This document shows positions 29,742 to 39,481 of a DNA stretch of 64,000 nt, one piece after another. The notes below the pieces were generated by a model, which worked only from the letters and a program-made list of their open reading frames with translations, was not told where the DNA came from and ran no database searches. A program made the translations under genes and the position numbers. This DNA is from Minisyncoccia bacterium (GTDB lineage Bacteria > Patescibacteriota > Minisyncoccia > UBA6257 > 2-01-FULL-56-20): assembly GCA_049997875.1 (NCBI GenBank), contig JBEKRC010000003.1, forward strand, positions 183,885 to 247,884, in the 5' to 3' direction. Position 1 is the stretch's first letter. Each line of letters begins with the position of its first letter.

Positions 29742-30744
29742 ACACGCGATCGCGGTGACGGCTTGACCGCTTCTTTCGGATAAGCCGGCGGATGCCCCTA
29801 AGAACCCCGTACAGGAAAGCGAGAATAAGAACCGCAATGCCGAATGTTATCGCTTTTTCGTTCCATTTGAGGCCCCAGAAACCATATCCGCTGTAGCCCG
29901 TAAGGGTGCCGGGCGGCAAAACCGCGAGGTCAAGCATTCCCTGACCGATGACATCGCCATCGTCCTTCCCGTAGATCTTATAAAAGACACGGTAGCTGCC
30001 CTGGGGCAGATAGGTCGGCATCTCGGCGACGACCTCCTTCCTTTGAAAAGGCCGCACCGAATCAAGTCCGTTCGTATTTTCCTCGGTCTCAAGCGTCGTC
30101 CCGCTCAAATATTCGTCGTATTGAAATACCACCTTGTGCGGCGACCCGGGAATATTCCCCGTATTCTCCACGTCCATGGTGAACAGGACCTTTCCAGGAA
30201 AGTGCATCCACCAGAACGAGTGCCCTTCTTCGGTGTTCGTCATGGCCACGCGGTTAACTTTCAACTTCGCCATTCTGCTGTCGATAACCTGGAGGTCAAC
30301 GTCGATCTGGGCGCCGATCGTAATGCCGATTGTGCCCGACGTCGGGGGAGCAAGCGGGGAAACCACCACCCGGATATTTCCCACGTAGTGACCGAGTTTC
30401 GCGTCGCTTGGGACATTCACGCTCACGAGTATCGGGACTTGCTGCACTCCCGTCGGCATCGTGAACTGCGTCCCGCGGTCGATGGATATCCAACTGTCCG
30501 CCCCCGGCACGTCAATCGAAATATTCGCGCGAAGGTCTTGCGTCGGATTGCTGCGGACCAAAAGGATGGCTTGCTCATAATGGGAGTTTTGTACGAGCGA
30601 GCCGTTTGTCACGTACGGCGGCGTTATGCCGAACCCATCCGCGCGCACCGGCAAAGCCGCCCGCAGACACAAAACGAACATTGCGAACGCAATAAAAAGA
30701 AAAAGAGGCGCCTTTTCCCTCCACAACCCCGTCATCTTCCCCAT
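29713..30744 (-). CDS. Membrane-anchored Ig-fold protein (DUF916/WxL-partner-like)
   Basis: Signal peptide, GITPP, SWIS..VNVP.DA..GHY, VENTGN, C-terminal TM helix plus basic tail. Confidence 0.6.
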   Translation of the reverse strand: MGKMTGLWREKAPLFLFIAFAMFVLCLRAALPVRADGFGITPPYVTNGSLVQNSHYEQAILLVRSNPTQDLRANISIDVPGADSWISIDRGTQFTMPTGVQQVPILVSVNVPSDAKLGHYVGNIRVVVSPLAPPTSGTIGITIGAQIDVDLQVIDSRMAKLKVNRVAMTNTEEGHSFWWMHFPGKVLFTMDVENTGNIPGSPHKVVFQYDEYLSGTTLETEENTNGLDSVRPFQRKEVVAEMPTYLPQGSYRVFYKIYGKDDGDVIGQGMLDLAVLPPGTLTGYSGYGFWGLKWNEKAITFGIAVLILAFLYGVLRGIRRLIRKKRSSRHRDRVYAPPPSPNK

Positions 30745-30779
30745 GATAGCACGGGACGGGAGAAACTCAAGGCATTACA

Positions 30780-32645
30780 TTACCAACTGGAAGGAGCGCT
30801 CCGCTGGGCAACGAACGTATTTTGGCCAGTGTAGTTGCCGGCGAGCAGAATCGAACTCGGGACCGAGATGCCCCAATAAGTTGCCCCTAAGGACGACGTT
30901 GCCGTTGATGTTGACTTGGGAATCTGGATGGCGAGCAACGCCCCGGGATTCACGAGCAACGCGGTGCCCGATGCATAGACCACACCGGAGGTGGCGTAGG
31001 TTATCTGCCCGACCGGGATGGTGGACGTCGTGGAAACCGGACAGCTCGGATAGGTAGTACACATCGAAGTGCCGTATAGCGTTTCGTTGAGGCCGAGATT
31101 GCCGAGTTCGGAGAGCGTCGTCGTCTGGGCCAAGGTCGGAGTCGTGGAGCCCGAAGACAGGGACCCGAAATTTATGCTCGGCGTATTGAGCTGCGAAGCA
31201 AGGAAGCTCAACACGGTACTGGTATTGGCGCTCGTGACGACCGTACTCGTCATGCCCACGTAATTCGTTGCCTGGACAGCCGCAGCCCAATTTTGATTGT
31301 AATACTGGGTGCTCGTCGCAGTGCCATCGGTGGGATCCGTGACGTACCAGAGCGGAAAGGTACAAGTCCATTGCGACGTGATTGAACTTGATCCAGCGCA
31401 CGAGCCGCCGTTCTGGGAACAGCTCCAATTCCATGTGGATGTGCCTATGGCCGCCGGATAACAATTGTTGGGATTGTAATTTCCGGATGACGAGCAATTC
31501 CCGAGGCCGATGCCAGAACGGAAAATGTCAATGCTCGCAGTCGCGACCTCTTGCCCGCCCACGGACGTCAAACAGCTGTTGTTGTCGGATGCCGTGAAGG
31601 TCACCTGGAAACCGGTCGTCTGCCCTCCCGGGTTTGTGAGCGAAAGCAGCGTGGTAGAACCGGTCGTGTTCAGCAAATTAATGCTGGACGATGCGATCGT
31701 CGGCGCAACCGCATTCACTGTTTCGGTTGCGTTCGTCCCCTGCGCGCCGCCGGAAGGAGGTACCAGAAACTGGTCAATGATGTAGCCATATGAGGAATAT
31801 CCGTTGTCCTGCGTTGGGATTGAAATGGTGGTCGTGCATGTGGGGTTGAGCGTGATGCCGGAGGTGGGCGAAGAGCAATATGTTCCACCAGGGCCGCAGG
31901 CCGTGCCCGTGAAGTCCGTCGCCTTGCAAACGAAAAGTTGGATGGTGGTAGTGGACCCCGTGAAGGTATCGCTGCTTGAGGCAGTGGCCGTCCACGTCAC
32001 GACGGCTCCCGGATTAGCCGGGGAATTGTTTGAGAACGCAGTGAACCGTGGACGGTGGTCCAAAACGAAAGGAGATGCCGTGTTCCCGCTTCCCTGCTGG
32101 TACGTGTTATTGCATCTCGGATTGAACGCGTTACCGTCGCAGATCCAAGCGAACCAAGCGTTGAACTGCGCGTCGGTTGATGACGGGGTATATGTTGACG
32201 TCGCATTGGTCCCGCTCGGGGTTGAGGTGGAAACCGCCCATTGGTTGCTCGCGCCCCCCCCGCAGGTCGGCGGGGCGCTGGCGTTCGCCGTCGGCGTGCT
32301 GCTTGATTTGCAAATCAAAAGATAGTAATTGTTCCCGTTCGGGCTTGTCCCTACCGCGACCCAGCTGATGGGAATCCCGACCACTGCCGGGCTGCTCGTC
32401 GTGTAGGGAGCAGCCTCCTGGGCGTTCACCGTCCAAAGCGGCGGCGTATTCAAAACCGTCAGGGTTGTCGTCGCGGTGCTCTGTGCCATTGCGAACCTTG
32501 CCGGACGCAAGGAACCAGTTGCCCAGAAGTTCACTGCGAGGATCGCGAAGGCCGTGAGCACGCCGAGCACGAGCACTAAAGCAGCAACCCGCCCGTGCGT
32601 ATCACGAAGGCACTCCTTAAGTTGCCGGGAATTGAAAAATTTCAT
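30780..32645 (-). CDS. Secreted Ser/Thr/Cys-rich structural protein with WxL/pilin-like C-terminal domain
   Basis: N-terminal hydrophobic leader; C-terminal INFGSL...LGN...YWGISVP..AGNYTGQNTF, paralogous to the C-terminus of 36871-39432. Confidence 0.6.
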   Translation of the reverse strand: MKFFNSRQLKECLRDTHGRVAALVLVLGVLTAFAILAVNFWATGSLRPARFAMAQSTATTTLTVLNTPPLWTVNAQEAAPYTTSSPAVVGIPISWVAVGTSPNGNNYYLLICKSSSTPTANASAPPTCGGGASNQWAVSTSTPSGTNATSTYTPSSTDAQFNAWFAWICDGNAFNPRCNNTYQQGSGNTASPFVLDHRPRFTAFSNNSPANPGAVVTWTATASSSDTFTGSTTTIQLFVCKATDFTGTACGPGGTYCSSPTSGITLNPTCTTTISIPTQDNGYSSYGYIIDQFLVPPSGGAQGTNATETVNAVAPTIASSSINLLNTTGSTTLLSLTNPGGQTTGFQVTFTASDNNSCLTSVGGQEVATASIDIFRSGIGLGNCSSSGNYNPNNCYPAAIGTSTWNWSCSQNGGSCAGSSSITSQWTCTFPLWYVTDPTDGTATSTQYYNQNWAAAVQATNYVGMTSTVVTSANTSTVLSFLASQLNTPSINFGSLSSGSTTPTLAQTTTLSELGNLGLNETLYGTSMCTTYPSCPVSTTSTIPVGQITYATSGVVYASGTALLVNPGALLAIQIPKSTSTATSSLGATYWGISVPSSILLAGNYTGQNTFVAQRSAPSSW

Positions 32646-32657
32646 AATTTGTAGAGT

Positions 32658-32828
32658 TTTCTTACTACTATTTTAGCAGAAAAGCGTTACTTCAAGGGCG
32701 AAGTTATCCACAGGGAGCTATTTGCATATCCACAGGGGGCTAAGGGCTTTCTTACTACCATTTTAACAGGAAAAGCGTTACTTCAAGGGCGAAGTTATCC
32801 ACAGGGAACTATTTGCATATCCACAGGG
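32658..32828. repeat. Two-copy ~90-bp tandem direct repeat carrying DnaA-box motifs
   Basis: 32658-32737 matches 32748-32828 with a few substitutions and a 1-bp indel; TTATCCACA at 32704 and 32795, ATATCCACA at 32726 and 32817. Confidence 0.9.
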
Positions 32829-32830
32829 AG

Positions 32831-34033
32831 TTACTTGTACCTGATCGCCTCGAGCGGGCTAATAGACGATGCCCGTCGTGCAGGGAAAATGCCGGTAATA
32901 AAACCTACGATTGCCGAAAAAACAGTAATGAAACCCAAAAAAGTGAGCGGAAAACTGAAAAGCTGCACGGCCGTCCCCCCGTAATGCGCCGCAACAAGAT
33001 TGAGAATATAATTGATTATCAGCCCGCCGGCAATTCCCATGGACATCCCGACCATGCCGCCCAGAAATCCCACGACGACCGCCTCGGCAAGGAAAAGAAT
33101 CTGGATGTCCCCTGGCGAAGCGCCCAACGTTCTCATAACACCAATCTCGTTCGTTCGTTCGAGGAGCGTCACCGTCATTGTATTGAACATGCCGATGGCG
33201 GACACGACGAGCGCGATGCCGCCGAAGCAGGCCAGGACGATCTGCACCCCTTGGAAGATCTGGTTGGCCTGCTCCACGGTCTTCGAAAGCGCCGTCACAA
33301 TGAAACCCTGTTTTACAATCTCGTCCTGGATGGCGTTCAGCGCCCCGCTTCCCGTCGCGCGCACCTGGGCGCCATCATAGAATGGAATGCCTACCTGCGC
33401 CGCAAGGGTTGCGAGCGGAATCATAACGTAGATGGAGGAAACGTCGGTCGTCACCCCCTTCACCATAAAGCTCCCGTTCAGAACGACCTGGTCGGCCCCG
33501 GCGGCGTTGCTGGTTTGGACGAACACCCGGAACGTGACTGTCCTGCCCAGAATGTCGCGTGGATCGTTAATGCCGAAGAGTTTGAGAGCGGCGCTTGAGA
33601 GGATAACGCGCGTCTGATCGGCCGAGGCATCCGTAAAGGGTTCGCCCGCCGCCATCGCAATGCCGGCATACTTGAAATACGACGCGCGCACTCCTTGAAG
33701 ATCGGCATTCGCGCTCAACGCATCAATGGTAATGAGCGAGGAGAATTTGGCGAGCGGCGAAACATCCTGGACATTCGGGATGGTTTTGAAATTTTCTATT
33801 GCCGCATCCGTGAGCGTCACTGCCTGTGACGGCGGGTTGCTTACGCTCAGGCTTAACAGGGTGTCACCGAAAACAATTTTCTCAAGCAAGACGTTTTGTA
33901 GGCCGAAACCAAGTCCCACAAGCATGACGACGGCAGAGGTGCCGACGCCCATGCCGAGGATCGTAAGCCATGTCCTCGCAGGATTGGTCTTGAACATTCT
34001 CGTTGAAAGTTTTATGGCATCGCTTGCGCGCAT
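32831..34033 (-). CDS. MacB/FtsX-family ABC permease
   Basis: RTWLTILGMGVG, IGMFNTM...LLERTNEIGVMRTLGA, PARRASSISPLEAIRY. Confidence 0.92.
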   Translation of the reverse strand: MRASDAIKLSTRMFKTNPARTWLTILGMGVGTSAVVMLVGLGFGLQNVLLEKIVFGDTLLSLSVSNPPSQAVTLTDAAIENFKTIPNVQDVSPLAKFSSLITIDALSANADLQGVRASYFKYAGIAMAAGEPFTDASADQTRVILSSAALKLFGINDPRDILGRTVTFRVFVQTSNAAGADQVVLNGSFMVKGVTTDVSSIYVMIPLATLAAQVGIPFYDGAQVRATGSGALNAIQDEIVKQGFIVTALSKTVEQANQIFQGVQIVLACFGGIALVVSAIGMFNTMTVTLLERTNEIGVMRTLGASPGDIQILFLAEAVVVGFLGGMVGMSMGIAGGLIINYILNLVAAHYGGTAVQLFSFPLTFLGFITVFSAIVGFITGIFPARRASSISPLEAIRYK

Positions 34034-34035
34034 GG

Positions 34036-35346
34036 TCAGAGATAAAGGCCTTGGGCCAATAATTTTTCAAGATATCGCGCCGCGCCCCGCGCATGATCCG
34101 AATCGAGGCCGATGCCGCCTGCTTCAAGACTGGTTTGCAACCGGCGACGGAAGTCATCCTGCTCTATAAAACCGCGAATACGGAACTTAAGGAGCTCGTC
34201 AAACCGTTCCTTTTGCTCAGGAGACAGCGAAAGCCCGCACTCCCGGATGACATCTTCCCGCACGGTGGCAAGCCGCTCCGCCTGCTTGGGCGAGATGACC
34301 CGGGCCTCGAAATTATCCCGATAAACCCTAATTTCCCGAGCCTCTTTGAGTATGGTGTTTATCTTATCCTCAAAGAGCTTCGCCTGCTCCTTATGGATGC
34401 CTACTCCACCCTCCTCCATGTCCTTGATAAGTAAGGCCCTGAACCCCTCGTCGGTGAGCTGCCCCTCAAGGAACATCTCCACGGACTTCTCAAGATGCTG
34501 GATCTCTTCAAATCCGATGTCCTGCGTTAGGAAATTCACGATGCTTTTCACCCGGAGATCATCTGGCGTGGCGTAGGGATAGATGCGCGCGAGCTTCTCA
34601 ATCTCCGAAAGCACCGATGTCCCCGGGTCGGTCTGCTTGATCTGCTTCCGCTCCGGATTGATCACCTCGCGTTCCACCTGGCCGTCTTTCAGATAATAGA
34701 CGCGGTGCGCATAGGGCAAAAGTTTCGCGTCGTGCGTGACGAGAATCACGGTTTTCTCATCTTTCACGTTGATCTCCTCAAGCGTGCTCATGACCTGATC
34801 CGCCGAAACGCTGTCCAAGTTCCCCACCGGCTCATCGGCAAAGAGGATCTCCGGATTGTTCGCAAGCGAGCGAGCGACCGCGACGCGTTGCGATTGTCCA
34901 CCCGAGAGGTCCGTGGACTGCTTGTGCGCCTGTTGGTCCACGCCGAAGCGCGTGAGGAGCTGCATCCCCCGCTTGTTGCGCTCGGTCTTGCCCACACCCG
35001 CGAAAATGAGCGGCAGGGCAACATTATCAAGCACGGAAAGCGACGGGATAAGATTGAACGATTGATAGATGATGCCGACGATCTTGCGCTGGAAATGCGC
35101 CATCTGCTGCACGTTGTAGCGGTAGATATTGTCCCCCTTCACGATCACCTCGCCGGATGAAGGCGGGAGAATTCCAAGGAGCGAATAGAGAAGCGTTGAT
35201 TTTCCGCAACCGGACGGACCGAAGAGGACGATGTACTCGTTTGGATAGATATCCAGACTCTCGCCGCGCAGCGCGTAAAACTCGTTGGACTTGCCCTCGT
35301 TATAGACGACTCTCACATTCCTGACCTTGATGATAGGTTCGATCAT
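34036..35346 (-). CDS. LolD/MacB-type ABC ATPase with C-terminal extension
   Basis: GPSGCGKST, LSGGQSQRVAVAR, ADEPVGNLD, VTHD; about 200 extra C-terminal residues. Confidence 0.92.
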   Translation of the reverse strand: MIEPIIKVRNVRVVYNEGKSNEFYALRGESLDIYPNEYIVLFGPSGCGKSTLLYSLLGILPPSSGEVIVKGDNIYRYNVQQMAHFQRKIVGIIYQSFNLIPSLSVLDNVALPLIFAGVGKTERNKRGMQLLTRFGVDQQAHKQSTDLSGGQSQRVAVARSLANNPEILFADEPVGNLDSVSADQVMSTLEEINVKDEKTVILVTHDAKLLPYAHRVYYLKDGQVEREVINPERKQIKQTDPGTSVLSEIEKLARIYPYATPDDLRVKSIVNFLTQDIGFEEIQHLEKSVEMFLEGQLTDEGFRALLIKDMEEGGVGIHKEQAKLFEDKINTILKEAREIRVYRDNFEARVISPKQAERLATVREDVIRECGLSLSPEQKERFDELLKFRIRGFIEQDDFRRRLQTSLEAGGIGLDSDHARGAARYLEKLLAQGLYL

Positions 35347-35351
35347 AAAAA

Positions 35352-36845
35352 TTATTTTCCGCTCGTCCCGCCTCCGCCTCCCAAGCCGTTCAGCCAGCCG
35401 AAGGTGCTCTTGAAATTCCCGACGATGATATCAATGATGCTTTTCTCCTGTTCCGGCGTAAGGAGCACGAAATCTTCGGAGCTCGTCGCATTGCCGTCGG
35501 CATCGGTACAGGTGACCCAATACTTGTACACCGTGCCCGGCGCGAAACTGGTCACGACACTTACGTGCTTTTGGAGCAGCCCCGTTTCCGCGGGCATGTT
35601 GACCGTATCCTTGTCGTTCTTCACGATGCCGGGCACGTACGAAAGATTACAGGAGGCGGGTTCGTCCGTCTGCCACGAAACGATAGTCTGCACCGTGGTC
35701 TCTTGGCCGGGATAGAGCGCGGAATCGTTGTTCACCTGCGAGATAACCGGGGGTATGAGATTCTTTGTCGTCACAAAGTAGAGCGGCTGGCTCGTTACGA
35801 CGTCGCCGGCCTGGTTTGTGGCTCTGATCACCACCGAATACCGCGTCTGGAAGATAAGATCGTTGAGCTGAATATTGTGGGTCACGAGGAATGCCGGGTC
35901 GCCGACCGAAAGTGTTTTCCGCGTACTCATGTTGGTATACTCCACGGTGCCCGCCGTCGGGAGCGGCGTCGCCCAGCTCACCGTCGCCCCGTGCTCCTCT
36001 ATCTTTGCGAGCCGCAGGCTCAGGATCTGCGGCAGGAGCGACTTCGTGGTGAACGTGAGGTCATTACTCTCTCCCGGCTGACCGATCGTCCCCCGCGAGG
36101 AGACTTTATAGTGGTAGAGAGTACTCGGCGTAAGACCGTAGACGGTCACCGCGTGCGTTTGGGTATTGCCGTTCGGATCGTCATCCTTTCGCGTATAATT
36201 GCCGGGGTTTGCCCGGTATTCGGCGTCCGAAGCCACATAGACCGAACCGTCAGCGTCCACGTCAGTATTCCAAGCAATAGCCACCTGGTCGGCGCCGATG
36301 TCAAGTTGCGGATCGCCGAGAATCTTCGGCGGACCGACGTTCGCCGCCTCTTGTGAGCTTAAGGCTTGGGCCACGGCGCTAAACGCCGCCGCATTCGTAA
36401 TGCCCTGAATCGCCGCGATCGCCCGCGCCGCGAGGTTCTTTTGCTCGACGTTCGCAACCTGGGCCAACGTCGGCACGCTCATCGTGCTTGTCGTCGTGAA
36501 TGTGTAATCGCCGGAATAGCTTTGGTTGCTGTTCACGTCCGTCGCGCGGATCCGAAAGAAGTAGGTCGTCCCGGGAATGAGATCCAGGACCGCGATGCTG
36601 TGCGCCGTATCCAGTTCGCCCGCGTTGCGGATGCCGCAATAGTCCGTGTCCTCGCTCACTTCAATGAAACTGTCGGTTTTGCGGTCGGTCGTCCAGGTAA
36701 CGGTCGTGGAGGTCGCCTCCACGTTCGTAAACTGAACATTTGAGATGACGGGAGAATTGTCGGCGATCACCTGATGCACTACCGCGGCAGCGATCGCGAG
36801 AGCAAAGGCGACGACAAGGGCGGGAGCGAGAAGGCGCAAGCGCAT
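35352..36845 (-). CDS. Secreted multi-FN3 (purple acid phosphatase N-terminal-like) protein
   Basis: Signal peptide; repeated W.TD...H.V....L.P.T.Y.Y.V units. Confidence 0.75.
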   Translation of the reverse strand: MRLRLLAPALVVAFALAIAAAVVHQVIADNSPVISNVQFTNVEATSTTVTWTTDRKTDSFIEVSEDTDYCGIRNAGELDTAHSIAVLDLIPGTTYFFRIRATDVNSNQSYSGDYTFTTTSTMSVPTLAQVANVEQKNLAARAIAAIQGITNAAAFSAVAQALSSQEAANVGPPKILGDPQLDIGADQVAIAWNTDVDADGSVYVASDAEYRANPGNYTRKDDDPNGNTQTHAVTVYGLTPSTLYHYKVSSRGTIGQPGESNDLTFTTKSLLPQILSLRLAKIEEHGATVSWATPLPTAGTVEYTNMSTRKTLSVGDPAFLVTHNIQLNDLIFQTRYSVVIRATNQAGDVVTSQPLYFVTTKNLIPPVISQVNNDSALYPGQETTVQTIVSWQTDEPASCNLSYVPGIVKNDKDTVNMPAETGLLQKHVSVVTSFAPGTVYKYWVTCTDADGNATSSEDFVLLTPEQEKSIIDIIVGNFKSTFGWLNGLGGGGGTSGK

Positions 36846-36870
36846 ATACCTATAGTCTATCAGAGTCTTC

Positions 36871-39432
36871 CTACGGCCACGGCAGCGAGTTGCGCACACC
36901 GATGAATGTATTCACGCCGGTATAATCTCCCGACGATTGTGGCACGGGCAGGCTGACGCCCCAATAAAGCGCGGCGCTCGCAGGATTGGCAGATGAGGTG
37001 GTCTTCGGAATCGCGAGCAACGTCGTAGTTCCCGGGCTTGGAAGGAGCGAGTTCCCCGACGCGTACGCGACCATCGAGGTCGCGTAATCCTGCGCTCCCA
37101 CGCCCAGGCTGCTCGAGCCGCTCGTCATGTTCGTGCCATACAGAGTGACGTTCAGCGAAACGTTCCCGAGCGACATGATAACGGTGGGAATGGCAAGCGA
37201 CGGCGTTCCCGATCCGGGCGCGAGGGACCCGTAGCTGATCGATGAGGTCATCTGGAGGCCGACGAGCGAAAGTAACGGTATGCCGGTTGACGTTGCGACC
37301 GACGACGTGGCGCCTTCGGCATCGGTTGCCTGGACGGCCGCCGACCACGAATCCCCCGCCCATGGCGTTCCGGAGTCGGTCGGCTGCGCAAAATACCAAA
37401 GATTCGCCCCGCAGGTCGCCGTGCACGCGGTGGCGTAACACAAGCTCAACGCACAACTCACGTTCCGGTAGCAATCGTTGTTGTCTGCGGTGCAACTCGG
37501 GCCGAGGCTCGTGCGATAGAATGTTGCCGTCGTTGTCGAAAGGTCGGTGTAACCGTTCGCGTCGCTCACAGTCGCCGTCGCCTGGATGAGCGTTGTCGTT
37601 CCCGCGACAAGCGAGATATTGCTGCCGCTGTTGCCGATCAAAGTGACATTGCTTGCCGAGGGCGCCACCTCGCCTATCACAATCTGGGGGTAAACGGCAT
37701 AGGAAGCAAACACGGTGCCGCTCGCCGTCACAGCCCTGAAACAATAGTCCGCTCCGACCTTCGCGCCGTTATCAGCGAGCGAAAGGTCCCACTTCCCGTC
37801 CGCTGCGGCCGGGATCGGACCTTGCGAGTTCGTGAACGGGTTTGAGGCGTCGTAGGTTTGGATCACAATGGTGCTCGAGCCGTCCACGGGGTCGGTGGTC
37901 GTGGGTGTGAGCGGTGACCCGTCCGTGACGCCGGCATTCGCATAATATTGGACAAGACCGCTTGACGTGGCGACGTTCGTATAACTCGCGGGATTCCCTC
38001 CCGAGGGTGCCGCGCAGTTCCCCGTCCCCGCTTCAACGTATTGCAGGTTGAACGACTGCGTGTTTGAGTCAACCTGGCTTCCCGCAACGCGGATGAGGAT
38101 GCGCAGGCGGAAGGTGGAGCTTGTGACAAGCTGGGCCGTCGCCGTCGCGTTCTGTGCTGCCAAGGGCAAGCCAACCGAAGTGGAAGCGATGTTCGCGAAC
38201 CACCTATAATCCGCAAGCGTGAAGCTCGGCGGGCTTTCCTCGCTTCCCTCCGTAATGAAGGTTCCGGGCGAGTTTTCGTCGTTGTATTCGGTCTGGATCC
38301 AGTTCAGAGGACGGATGATCTTGGAAATGCGAACTTCGTCTATCTTTCCCTTGAAGTAGGAGGTCCATGCCTGGTGGTAACCGATCGTCGTGCTCGCAAG
38401 GCCCGTCAAAGGCGACGTGTCGGAGCCTGTCCCTCCCTTTCCTGTGGTCGTGGCGGAACCGTCGACGTAAACGCTGAATTGAGTGCTTGTTACGGATGTC
38501 CCGGAAGCTGCCGCCCACGTGCCGACCACGTAGTGCCACTGTCCGTTATTGATCGCCGTATTGCTGGCTTCCACACCGATCCAGATGTTGGCGGAGTCGT
38601 CGCCGAACATCAATTTGCCGGTGGAGCTCGGGATCCCCATGAACTGGTTGCCGCAGCCCGTGCTGCCGCACGAGCCGTTCCCATCCAAGGCAAGCGTTAA
38701 AGAATGGCCGGCTCCCGAGCCCCTGTCCTGGACGATGACGCTTGTTGTTGATACGGTGCTTGAAACATTAACCCATGCCTCAATCGTTTCTGCAGTCGAA
38801 GACGATTGGAAGAGCGGCGTCGTGATATCCTGGCTGGAACCGTTCAGATTGACCGCGCCGTCTATTTTTCCGGCGGTCGACGTAGCGCTGCCCACTATGG
38901 TCCCGTTGTTCGCGTTCGCCGTGGAGTCCTTTGCGGAAAGCGTTGAGGTGCCGGTTGTCGGGAGGTGCCACACCCCCGAGTAGTTGCTGTCCCATGTGTT
39001 CGTGGGAGTCTGTAAGCTCGTCGTCGAGGAAGGATTGTTGTAGTACATGTAGAAGAGCGTATTCGTCGAGGTAGAGACCGTGGGGAGCTTCACCCATGCT
39101 TCAAGCTCACCGGTGCTTGATACGTAATGTTCTATCTCAAAATTAAGGAGGGACACGCCATCCGAGTTCGTGAAAAGAATATCGCTGCCGCTCGCCACGG
39201 TCTCCGCCGCGAGGTTCGTATCCGAGGCGATGCCCACAAGAACGGGGAAGTTGGATATGGTAGACGTGGTGCTCGAAGAAACCTGCGAATAGTTTACCGT
39301 TAAAAGCTTGCGGTGCAGCCACGCGGTGTTGTACCACTGTGACGCGCGGGCCGTAGAGAATGGCGCAAGAAGTGCGCCCGCAACGAGCAGCGCGCCAAGT
39401 AAAAAAAGTGCGTTTCGCGAAGGGCCAGGCAT
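36871..39432 (-). CDS. Secreted DUF2341 + LamG/ConA-like lectin + WxL/pilin-like protein (candidate adhesin)
   Basis: WYNTAWLHRKLL, NFPVLV, DILFT, AWVKLP, YMYYNNP (DUF2341); WHYVVGTW..VYVDG..FKGKIDEVRIS (LamG); C-terminal YWGVSLP..GDYTGVNTF. Confidence 0.75.
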   Translation of the reverse strand: MPGPSRNALFLLGALLVAGALLAPFSTARASQWYNTAWLHRKLLTVNYSQVSSSTTSTISNFPVLVGIASDTNLAAETVASGSDILFTNSDGVSLLNFEIEHYVSSTGELEAWVKLPTVSTSTNTLFYMYYNNPSSTTSLQTPTNTWDSNYSGVWHLPTTGTSTLSAKDSTANANNGTIVGSATSTAGKIDGAVNLNGSSQDITTPLFQSSSTAETIEAWVNVSSTVSTTSVIVQDRGSGAGHSLTLALDGNGSCGSTGCGNQFMGIPSSTGKLMFGDDSANIWIGVEASNTAINNGQWHYVVGTWAAASGTSVTSTQFSVYVDGSATTTGKGGTGSDTSPLTGLASTTIGYHQAWTSYFKGKIDEVRISKIIRPLNWIQTEYNDENSPGTFITEGSEESPPSFTLADYRWFANIASTSVGLPLAAQNATATAQLVTSSTFRLRILIRVAGSQVDSNTQSFNLQYVEAGTGNCAAPSGGNPASYTNVATSSGLVQYYANAGVTDGSPLTPTTTDPVDGSSTIVIQTYDASNPFTNSQGPIPAAADGKWDLSLADNGAKVGADYCFRAVTASGTVFASYAVYPQIVIGEVAPSASNVTLIGNSGSNISLVAGTTTLIQATATVSDANGYTDLSTTTATFYRTSLGPSCTADNNDCYRNVSCALSLCYATACTATCGANLWYFAQPTDSGTPWAGDSWSAAVQATDAEGATSSVATSTGIPLLSLVGLQMTSSISYGSLAPGSGTPSLAIPTVIMSLGNVSLNVTLYGTNMTSGSSSLGVGAQDYATSMVAYASGNSLLPSPGTTTLLAIPKTTSSANPASAALYWGVSLPVPQSSGDYTGVNTFIGVRNSLPWP

Positions 39433-39481
39433 GGGATATTACCTAAATTATAAAGTAATATCGCGGCATCCGCGACGGTCT

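Noticed and set aside
32658-32828. Possible CRISPR array
   Set aside because: Only two ~80-bp copies, no unique spacers and no cas genes.
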